Origin: Macrostomum lignano
Taxonomy: Eukaryota
NCBI GenBank assembly: GCA_002269645.1
Contig: NIVC01002737.1
Coordinates: 1 to 64,000 of the forward strand
Length of the DNA: 64,000 bases
Direction of reading: 5' to 3'
In this document: piece by piece, positions 38,863 to 49,300 of the stretch
Layout: the number at the start of each line of letters is the position of its first letter
Position numbering within the stretch: the first letter of the stretch is position 1
Translations under genes and position numbers: made by a program
Notes under the pieces: generated by a model
The model's database searches: none
What the model was told of the DNA's origin: nothing
The model's input: only the letters and a program-made list of their open reading frames with translations

Positions 38863-40680
38863 TAGAGCCGTGTCAGTGCCACTACAAGCAATCCCCACTC
38901 TCATTTTACACCAAGACTAAGCTTCAGTAACTTCCAAGCCCAGCCAGTTCTCTCTCACCTGGACATAAAGTACTCGAAAGCGTTGGCCCTGGCGTAGTCG
39001 CAGCGGATGGCATTGCAGTTGGTGTACATGTTGGCCCCGTTCAGGAACGGCTTGGCGAGGGCGGCGTCTTCGAGGCGTTCGAATTCAACGATGGCCCGAG
39101 TCAGACCGTCCTGAGGATGGGTGGCAGCGAGGATGGGATGGCAAGGGCTGGAAGCTGCGTGCGACTTCTGGTCATTGCAGTCAAAATAGACTTCTCAGAA
39201 TATTCTGCTCGCACGCTGAGCTTTAAGCGACAGGTAAGCTACTCTTGTAAGCTACTGGTTGCTTCACCACAAAAGTAGCTTGTGAGCATTTTATTTTGGC
39301 AGCATATTGGATGAGTCCAAGAGCATTCTAAACGAAATCCAGTCTCATTATCCAAGCCTCTCACCTGCTGTTTAATGATGACGCAGCGCTCAATGATGGC
39401 GTAGGGGCTGCAGATCTGGCGCACATCGGTGCAGTTGAACTCCATCTTCATGTTGTAGATGGTGAGCAGCAGGCAGTTCTGGGGGCCGATGCTGAGGTAG
39501 GGCTCCTGGCTCAGGTCGATGCGGGACCGGTTTGAGAAGCTGATGATGACGTTGGAGCCCTTGATGTTGACGCCCGGGCCCGAGTGATGGTAGGCGATGA
39601 GGCGCTCCGCATCGGCGAGGCGAAGGTACTCCACTAGGGCCTGGTGCTTGGCCGGCATGGGGAAGATCAGCTGCACCTTGCCGAAGTCCTGCGGGCGTTG
39701 GGGGGGGGACTCTCGGGGTGCATTGGGGGCGATTCTCAGGGTGCATTGGGGGGCGACTCTCAGGCTGCATCGGGGGTGATTCACAGGCTGCATTGGGGGC
39801 GATTCTCAGGGTGCATTGGGGGCGACTCTCGGGCTGCATCGGGGGCGATTCTCAGGCTGCATTGGGGGGCGACTCTCGGGGTGCATTGGGGCCGACTCTC
39901 GGGGTGCATTGGGGGCGATTCTCAGGCTGCATCGGGGCCGATTCTCATGGTGCATTGGGGCGACTCTCAGGGTGCATTGGGGGCGACTCTCGGGGTGCAT
40001 TGGGGGCGATTCACAGGCTGCATTGGGGGGCGACTCTCAGGGTGCATTGGGGGCGATTCTCAGGCTGCATCGGGGGCGATTCTCATGGTGCATTGGGGCG
40101 ACTCTCAGGGTGCATTGGGGGCGACTCTCGGGGTGCATTGGGGGCGATTCTCAGGCTGCATTGGGGCGACTCTCAGGGTGCATTGGGGGCGACTCTCAGG
40201 CTGCATTGGGGGCGACTCTCAGGGTGCATTGGGGGCGACTCTCGGGGTGCATTGGGGGCGATTCTCATGGTGCATTGGGGGCGACTCTCAGGGTGCATTG
40301 GGGGCGACTCTCGGGGTGCATCGGGGGCGATTCTCAAGCTGCACCGGGGGCGACACTCGGGGTGCATTGCATCGGCACGAATCTAGCGAGACTCTCGCAG
40401 TGCAAGGACAGCGAGAATGCACCTGAAAGATGCGCCGGATCTCCAGTTCGCACGTGTTGCCGGGAATCTCGCCAACAAAGACCACGCAGCTGGGCGGGTT
40501 CTGCTGGCCGGAGCTGTGCTGCCCGTTGAACTTTCGCTTCCGCTCAACGGCGGCGGCGCCGCCAGGGGCAACCTGGGCTGGGGCGAACTGGTGCATTTGC
40601 TGGAGCTGCATCTGCTGCATGGGATGCTGCTGCACCTGGTGCTGCATCTGGTGCATGGGGTGCATGTGGTGCTGCTGCAT
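36423..40680 (-). CDS. HNRNPL: Heterogeneous nuclear ribonucleoprotein L (4 RRMs); exons 40680-40423, 39688-39365, 39110-38959, 37881-37242, 36836-36423
   Basis: RRM1 [21 protein letters not shown]; RRM2 [27 protein letters not shown]; RRM3 [21 protein letters not shown]; RRM4 lead-in [12 protein letters not shown], all matching recalled hnRNP L motifs. Gln/His-rich N-terminus. Junctions are GT-AG and in phase. Confidence 0.92.
36895..37225. repeat. (AGAC)n microsatellite in hnRNP L intron 4 (UCUG-rich on the pre-mRNA)
   Basis: Read directly. Confidence 0.95.
37940..38860. repeat. (TCTG)n compound microsatellite in hnRNP L intron 3 (CAGA-rich on the pre-mRNA)
   Basis: Read directly; includes CCTTACCTACC and CTACATACC interruptions. 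Confidence 0.95.
39710..40365. repeat. ~24-25-bp minisatellite GGGGCGACTCTCAGGGTGCATTGG in hnRNP L intron 1
   Basis: Read directly. Confidence 0.93.
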
Positions 40681-40904
40681 CTTCTTTAGCTGGTCGGAGC
40701 GAAACGGTTCGAGAAAGCTTTTGAAAGATTAGACTGGGAAGCTGGGTGAATAGCGATTGAGAACTGGCTCTAGTGTTGCAGATTCTGCTTTGCTGGGCTC
40801 TTTTAGAAGAGAATAAAAGTTGAGCTGAAAGAGCGAAATTGCGGTTAGAGTTGAGAACAGAGATGGGAGATTATGGGAACTGCTGAATGGGAGCGCAAAA
40901 ACTA

Positions 40905-41180
40905 AAGACTAGAGGGGATGGGGAACTGATCAGAAGGGGAACACAAAGACTGGAGGGGATGGGGAACTGATCAGAAGGGGAACACAAAGACTAGAGGGGA
41001 TGGGGAACTGATCAGAAGGGGAACACAAAGACTAGAGGGGATGGGGAACTGATCAGAAGGGGAACACAAAGACATGGGAAACTGATCAGAAGGGGAACAC
41101 AAAGACTAGAGGGATGGGGAACTGATCAGAAGGGGAACACAAAGACATGGGGAACTGATCAGAAGGGGAACACAAAGACT
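40905..41180. repeat. 41-bp minisatellite AAAGACTAGAGGGGATGGGGAACTGATCAGAAGGGGAACAC upstream of the hnRNP L ATG
   Basis: About 6 copies. Confidence 0.92.
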
Positions 41181-41639
41181 AAGTTAAAGCATTTAAAATC
41201 GGTACAATCGTAAAGCTCCATAAATAATAAAGACTAAAGTAGCAGCAATAAATGCTCCAATTTAGTTATATCCACAGCTACCTGAGTCTCAATAAAGTTC
41301 TAGTTTTCCAAAAACAGCACTAGCCAGACTAAAGTACACGCGCTAGGAATATCTGTTGCATTTGCAACTTGGTCAATGGAATAAAAATCCCCAGCATTTC
41401 TGGCCAAGAACAAAGAACAAAGACTGCTTCGAAGCAGAGCCTTGAAGAATTCGGCTCTCGAACACAACCGGATGCTTTAAGTTTCACGAAAGCAAAAAGA
41501 CTCAAGCAAGAGCAAAATTTGTCAAAGAGATTAAACCATAGCTCGCAAGAAACCGCAAAGAAATCAGATAATTTAACAAACACGCACGGGGAGACAGTGG
41601 GCTGGACAAGAGAGAAAGACAAAGAAAGAATGCATAAAC

Positions 41640-41960
41640 AGATTTTTGCATTAAAAAATGATTGGCCCGCTTGTTAAAGCAGACAGAAGACAAAAATGGA
41701 GTCCGCGGTTAACTGCGCGATCGGCCCCGCTTTTGCAGCAATGCGCCGCTTCCAAGCACAGATCGGAGCAGAAGAGAGAGTCTGGAAGGCCTCATACCTG
41801 AGGAGCCCTGAGCTGGTCCTCATGCCGGACAGAGGGAATTCAGAATTGGCAAGGAGACCGAGCGAATTGGGAGCTGCGGAATTTGACTGGCGCTGAAATT
41901 GGCGGTGGCAGCGTCTGCGTGAACGGCTGGCTCAATCGGTTAGGCTGGTATGTCACACCC
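41640..41960 (-). promoter_or_regulatory. Possible hnRNP L promoter / 5' UTR exon region
   Basis: CpG-rich island with CCAAT-like (ATGATTGGC) and YY1-like (AAAATGGAG) motifs and a strong donor CAG|GTATGA at 41798/41797. Inference only. Confidence 0.35.
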
Positions 41961-41974
41961 TAGCCCCAAAGCCT

Positions 41975-42435
41975 CATCTCATACCTGACACCCCATGCCT
42001 CATAACTGGCACCCCATACCTCATACCTGACACCCCATACTTCATACCTGACACCCCATACCTCATACTTGACACCCCATACCTCATAACTGACACCCCA
42101 TACCTCATACCTGACACCCCATACTTCATACCTGACACCCATACCTCATACTTGACACCCCATACCTCATAACTGACACCCCATACCTCATAACTGACAC
42201 CCCATACCTCATATCTAAAACCCCATACCTCATACCTAAAACCCCATACCTCATACCTAAAACCCCATACCTCATACCTAAAACCCCATACCTCATACCT
42301 AAAACCCCATACCTCATACCTAAAACCCCATACCTCATACCTAAAACCCCATACCTCATACCTAAAACCCCATACCTCATACCTAAAACCCCATACTTCA
42401 TACCTAAAACCCATACCTCATACCTAAAACCCATA
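41975..42435. repeat. 21-bp minisatellite CCCCATACCTCATACCTRAMA
   Basis: Two sub-variants (GACA then AAAA) in successive blocks. Confidence 0.92.
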
Positions 42436-42759
42436 CCTAAACGACACCCTAACCCTGCCCTAAACTGATGAATACACAAAGCTATAAACCCGGAACCCAA
42501 AAAATAAAAATAAACAAGCAGAATATCCAAACATGGGAAAGGCCAGCAACAGGACTCTTATATTTTTGGCCAGTCAATTTGACATTCTGGTGACAACACA
42601 CTATAATAATCAGCAATTATCATGTTTATGATCGCCAACAAGATGCGACAATCCAGCTATCAAAATAGCGGGGAGAAATGCTGCGTCACTAACAAGAAGG
42701 ATTAAGACAATCTTGGGATCTTGAGGATTGCAAATTTTGGGACTCGTCAATGGAAACTT

Positions 42760-43360
42760 CGGAATCTGGGACTGGGAAGTTTGGGATTAAAAGATTTGGG
42801 ACTGGGAAGTTTGGGATTAAGGATCTGGCACTGGAAGTTCGGGATTAAGGATCCGGGACTGTGAAGTTCGGGATTAAGGATCCAGAACTGGGAAGTTCGG
42901 GATTAAGGATCCGGGACTGTGAAGTTCAAGATTAAGGATCCAGAACTGGGAAGTTCGGGATTAAGGATCCGGGACTGGGAAGTTCGGGATTAAGGATCCG
43001 GGACTGGGAAGTTCGGGATTTAAGGATCCGGGACTGGGAAGTTCGGGATTAAGGATCCGGGACTGGGAAGTTCGGATTAAGGATCCGGGACAGGGAAGTT
43101 CGGGATTAAGGATCCGGACTGGGAAGTTCGGGATAAGGATCCGGGACTGGGAAGTTCGGGATTAAGGATCCGGACTGGGAAGTTCGGATTAAGGGAGCCG
43201 GGGCTGGGAAGTTCGGAGATTATGGGATCCAGGACTGGGAGTTCAGGATTAAGGATCCGGGACTGGGAATTCGGGATTAAGGATCCGGGACTGGGAAGTT
43301 CGGGATTAAGGGAGCCGGGGCTGGGACTTTCGGCATTATGGGATCCGGGACTCGGGAGCA
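42760..43360. repeat. 29-bp minisatellite GGGATTAAGGATCCGGGACTGGGAAGTTC just 3' of the HEATR1 stop
   Basis: Read directly. Confidence 0.92.
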
Positions 43361-43396
43361 CAAAAACAAGACCAGTTCTGAGACAGACAGAATTCT

Positions 43397-46300
43397 TTAC
43401 AGCTCGAGCGGCTCGCCGGCCCGCTGCTCGATGTCGGCCAGCAGCCGCTGGGCCAGCCGCTCCACCTCTTCGCTGTCGTCCTCGGCGAGCTCGGCAAGGG
43501 CGGGCACGCAGTCGGCGGCCAGACTGTCGATGAAGACGTCGCCAAGGCAGTCCAGCAGGCGCTGAATCGCGCGCAGCGAGGCCAGCCGGACGGAGCCATC
43601 GGGGTGCCGGCAGCCGCGGTCGCACAGGCGGCGCACCAGGGGCTTCAGCAGGGCCTCGTCCTCCGAGGAGCCCTGAGCGTAGGCGGCCAGGCAGTCCAGC
43701 AGGCGCTCGGCCGGGTCGGCGGCGGCGGCCAGACGGTCGACCAGCAGCGAGCCGATGCTGTCCAGCAGGTCCAAGCCGAGGCCCGAGGAGCCGCCGGCCG
43801 CTTTGAACAGGGCGGCCAGGCAGGCCAGCAGCCAGCGGGACAGCTGCCGGCTCGGCCGAGGCTGCTGCGAATCGGCGCCGGGGAGCTCCAGCAGGGCGGC
43901 CGCGTGCTGCGGCGCGTCCAACTCGCACAGCAGGCCGGCCAACCCCGACACGCGGCCGCTCTGGGAGGCGAGGGCGACAGCCATCAGCCGGTGGAAGGCG
44001 GCCTCCCGGCTGGCGCTGCCCGCGGCCCAGTCCTGTCGGACAGGGCGGGAGTTCGAATTCGGTGTGTGGCTTCGAAATTGGAGTATGGGATCATAGGGAT
44101 AGAAATAGTGGGATTTGGACTGGGATTCTTAGGATTTGGACTGGTATTATTGGGATGGGGACTGGAACTATTGGGATTGGGATTGGAACTATTGGGATCG
44201 GGATTGGGACTATTGGGATCGGAATTGGGACTATTAGGATCCGAATCGGGACTATTTGGATGGGGACTGGGACTATTGGGATCGGAATTGGGACTATAGG
44301 GATCGGAATTGGGCCTATTGGGATCGGAATTGGGACTATTGGGATCAGAATTGGGCCTATTAAGATCGGGACTGAGACTATTGGGATCCGAATTGCGACT
44401 ATTGGGATCTGAATTGGGACTGTTGGGATCGGGATTAGAATGAAGACTCACCTGCAGACTCTGCAGCAGCATGGCCCTGGTGGCAGGTGGCAGCGGAGCC
44501 AGACAGGCCGCCAGCTGAGCGACCAGACGCCCCTTGGCCTGATCCTCTGCGCCGCCCTCCCCCTCTTCCTCAGACTCCGTCCCGCTGCTCTCGCTGCCAT
44601 CATCATCGGTGCCGGAGTCTCCATCCGCGTCTTCTTCCCCGCTGCCGAAGACGTTGCCCAGCAGGCTGGAGAACAGATCGGACAGCTCGGCCTCGAAGTC
44701 AGCAAGCGAGCCGGCCGCGTCAGCACTGTCCGAATCGTCCTCCTCCAGCCGGTTGGCCGCCTCGGAGGCGACCGTCATCTCCAGGTTGAGCCGCAGCAGC
44801 CTGGCCCAGTGCTCGGCGCGAAGCCAGGGCTGCTGCTGCTGGTGCGGCTTGAGGCAGTCCTGCAGTGCAGGCAGCAGCTGGGCGGGATGGACGCCTCGGG
44901 CCACCGAGCTCAGCACTGAGCGCAGCTTCGGCCGCAGCTGCGAGTCGGCAGCTGCGAGATGAGTGATTGAGTAATGAATTAGACATGATGGCGGATGATA
45001 CAGGAAGACATGATGGCGGATGAGACTGGAAGACATGATGGCGGATGAGACTGGAAGACATGATGGTGCATGAGACTGAAAGACATGATGGTGGATGAGG
45101 CTGGAAGACATCATGGTACATGAGACTGGAAGACATCATGGTACATGAGACTGGAAGACATCATGGTACATAAGACCCCGTCGAACTTTTCACCCGGAAT
45201 TTCGCCCGGAATTTTTTGCGTTCACCCGGAATTTTTTCCTATTCCAGTAATGCAATCTGATCCGGGTGGAAATTCCGGATCTGTAACGAAAGTTTACAGA
45301 ATCCGGGCGAAATTTCCGGATCAAAAAGAAAAATTCCGGAAAATAGACCCGGATCGCTAAAAAAAATCCGGTGACTGTTCCGGGTGCGATCCGGGCGAGT
45401 GGAACGGATCAGCACACAAATCCGGGCTAAATTCCGGGCGAGTGAACCGGATCAGCACACAAATCCGGGCTAATTCCGGGCGAGTGAACCGGATCAGCAC
45501 ACAAATCCGGGCTAATTCCGGGCGAGTGAACCGGATCAGCACACAAATCCGGGCTAATTCCGGGCGAGTGAACCGGATCAGCACACAATTCCGGGCGAGT
45601 GAACCGGATCAGCACACAATTCCGGGCGAGTGAACCGGATCAGCACACAATTCCGGGCGAGTGAACCGGATCAGCACACAATTCCGGGCGAGTGAACCGG
45701 ATCAGCACACAAATCCGGGCGAATTCCGGGAGAGTGAACCGGATTAGCACACGAATCCAGGTGAATTCTGGATGATTGAACCGGATTTGCAGCCAAATCT
45801 TGGGCTTATCACAGTAGCAGAAAATTAAATAAAGAACGGGTCATTGTTCCATACATTTTCCACGACTACGAATTGCATCGAATTCGATTTAGCCGTCCAC
45901 GAATAGAAATACTGAATTCAGTTGTGCACAACTGCAAATCGTATATTTCTATGCACTTCTACGTACTTTCAGAAACAAAAAATGCTGACCTTCTGAATGT
46001 CACTCGGATGGGCAGCTGGACTTCGATGCTACCATCAACTTTTTTTGAAGCCGTATACGGTTTTATATACCTTATCGCGACATTGGCTACTCTTCAGGGA
46101 TCCCCATCGCCTACCTCTGATTGCATCTGTCAGGTGGGTCACTCGCTATACAGCTAATTAGCTAGTTAACTCAAGTCAGCTGACTTGTCTATTCACTTGT
46201 CTATCCATCGCAGGTCAGCTTATCAGCTGCCTTGAGCCACAACAGAAGCGAGGATTGATTATCCATCGCAGGTCAGCTTATCAGCTGCCTTGAGCCACAA

Positions 46301-49300
46301 CAGAAGCGAGGATTGATTATCCATCGCAGGTCAGCTTATCAGCTGCCTTGAGCCACAACAGAAGCGAGGATTGATTATCCATCGCAGGTCAGCTTATCAG
46401 CTGCCTTGAGCCACAACAGAAGCGAGGATTGATTATCCATCGCAGGTCAGCTTATCAGCTGCCTTGAGCCACAACAGAAGCGAGGATTGATTATCCATCG
46501 CAGGTCAGCTTATCAGCTGCCTTGAGCCACAACAGAAGCGAGGATTGATTATCCATCGCAGGTCAGCTTATCAGCTGCCTCGAGCCACACGATATGGTTA
46601 CCGACCATAGTAGTCCGTATAGACTACTCTAGACGTGATCTGCTCACGGCTGGTGCAACTGCAAACGCCTTAGACAAACCAATGGAGCATGTACCGACAA
46701 AAATCGGATTAGCGTCTATCTTAATAGGAAAGCTGCTTTGCATACTGGGCCAGTTAGAGCTATTTGGAACTATGCCACAGTCTCCGTCTAGACACCCAGC
46801 TGTGCCAAACAATATGGTTGGCTGATTTTATGCTTCTAAGCGTCAAATATGACGATAGAATCATTCAGCCCGTTGACACACTAAGCAGCTGTGATAGACT
46901 ACATGCCAGTGGAAGTCAAACCTCTCGCACACAAACAGGGCGCAACAATTTTTCAATTGTCACCTGTACGGAGGATGGGCTCAGCCTCACATTACGGACG
47001 CTACAGAGCCGCCGAAAAGCAGATCAATTCACATTGCAATTTCGAGGCTTTATTACCCCTCGCTTTCCAAGAGGAATTAGCGCCGTTGACCAAATGGATG
47101 CCAGGGATTGCCTGATGGGATAGCCATTTGCTGGGGTCTGTATTCAGCGGTTTTCCATCGGAGGCTTCCTCTCAAAATCCCCATGGAACTTATATAATGG
47201 ATGCCGGATTGATTCCGACTCAAGTCCCGAAATTTTCCCGGATCAGCTTCGCCCGGAATTTGGCTGAAATTCGGGTCAAGGGAGCTGATCCGGGTGAATT
47301 TTCCGGATCATTTGGTCCGGATCACTGGGGAATTCCGACTCAAGTCCCGAAATTTTCCCGGATCAGCTTCGCCCAGAATTTGGCTGAAATTCGGGTCAAG
47401 GGAGCTGATCCGGGTGAATTTTCCGGATCATTTGGTCCGGATCACTGGGGAATTCCGACTCAAGTCCCGAAATTTTCCCGGATCAGCTTCGCCCAGACTT
47501 TGGCTGAAATTCGGGTCAAGGGAGCTGATCCGGGTGAATTTTCCGGATCATTTGGTCCGGATCACTGGAGAATTCCGACTCAAGTCCCGAAATCTCACCC
47601 GGAACATTTTCACCCGGAACACTACTGAAATTCGGGTCTACACCCAGAATTCCATAGTGTTCCGGGTGAAAAATTCCGGAAAATCAGACCGGAACAGCTT
47701 TCCTTTTCCCGAAAATTTTCCGGATCATATTTCCGGATCTTTTTCCGGAACAGGGGGCTGTTCCGGGCCAAAAAAGCTGATCCGGGCCTTCACCCGGAAA
47801 TCAATTAAAAATCGGGCCCGGATCACAAAATTCCGGAAAAAATTCCGGGTGAAACGTTCGACGGGACTGGAAGACATCATGGTACATGAGACTGGAAGAC
47901 ATCATGGTACATGAGACTGTAAGACATCATGGCGGACGAGACTGGAAGACATCATGGTACATGAGACTGGAAGACATCATGGTACATGAGACTGGAAGAC
48001 ATGATGGTACACGAGACTGGAAGACATGATGGTACACGAGACTGGAAGACATGATGGCGGATGAGCCTGGAAGACATGGTGGTACACGAGACTGGAAGAC
48101 ATGATGGTACACGAGACTGGAAGACATGATGGTACATGAGACTGGAAGACATGATGGTACGTGAGACTGGGAGACATGATGGCGGATGAGCCTGGAAGAC
48201 ATGATGGTACATGAGCCTGGAAGACATGATGGTACATGAGCCTGGAAGACATGATGGCGGATGAGCCTGGAAGACATGATGGCGGATGAGCCTGGAAGAC
48301 ATGATGGTACACGAGAAGACATGATGGAAAAAAGCAACTCACAGAGCATGAGCTCCACAGTAACGGGCAGCAGCTGTGCCAGGTACGGCACCATCAGGTC
48401 CACCATAGTGACGGTGCATTGCTGTAGAAAGGCGAAGGACGCCAGCAGCACCACGCCGGGCGGTCGCTGATCAGCCACGGTCGGTCGCAGTCGCGGCAGA
48501 AGCTTCGGCACGAGCCTGGCAACCAGCGGCAAAGCCTCGATGCCGAGCTGCTTGACTGACTCGGCGAACACCAGCAGTGCACAGCCGAATGATTCCCAGC
48601 TGCTGCTGCTGCTGCTGCTGCCGGAGTTCGAATCCGCGGTAGATGTCGGCAGCAGTGGTGGCGGCAGGCAGGAACTGGAGGCGGCGATGCCCAAACAGAA
48701 GTTCAGCACCAGCTTCGGCTCGGAGGCGCCCAGCAGGCGGACCAGCTCGCGACCGCAGATGAGGGCCACCTGAGTAATGTAATTTGACCATCGAGTTGAG
48801 TACTTTGGCTAGGCTGAGGGGCGATTCTTGGGTTTGACTGAGGGGCGATTTTTTGGGCTTGACTGAGGGGCGATTCTTGGGCTTGGCTGAGGGGCGATTC
48901 TTGGGCTTGGCTGAGGGGCGATTCTTGGGCTTGGCTGAGGGGCGATTCTTGGGCTTGGCTGAGGGGCGATTCTTGGGCTTGGCTGAGGGGCGATTCTTGG
49001 GTTTGACTGAGGGGCGATTTTTGGGCTTGATTGAGAGTAATTCTTGGGCTTGACTGAGGGGCGATTTTTTGGTCTTGACTGAGGGGCGATTCTTGGGCTT
49101 GGCTGAGGGGCGATTCTTAGGCTTGACTGAGGGGTGATTCTTGGGCTTGGCTGAGGGGCGATTCTTAGGCTTGACTGAGGGGTGATTCTCGGGCTTGGCT
49201 GAGGGGCGATTCTTGGGCTTGGCTGAGGGGCGATTCTTGGGCTTGGCTGAGGGGCGATTCTTGGGTTTGACTGAGGGGCGATTCTTGGGCTTGGCTGAGG

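Noticed and set aside
39122-39138. TGGCAGCGAGGATGGGA resembles the complement of the tRNA-Ser(GCT) 3' end (15/17)
   Set aside because: Short, imperfect and part of the pyrimidine tract of the hnRNP L intron 2 acceptor; no LTR nearby; likely chance.
46202-46587. 58-bp and other regular arrays as CRISPR-like loci
   Set aside because: No unique spacers between repeats, no cas genes, and a eukaryotic spliced-gene context.
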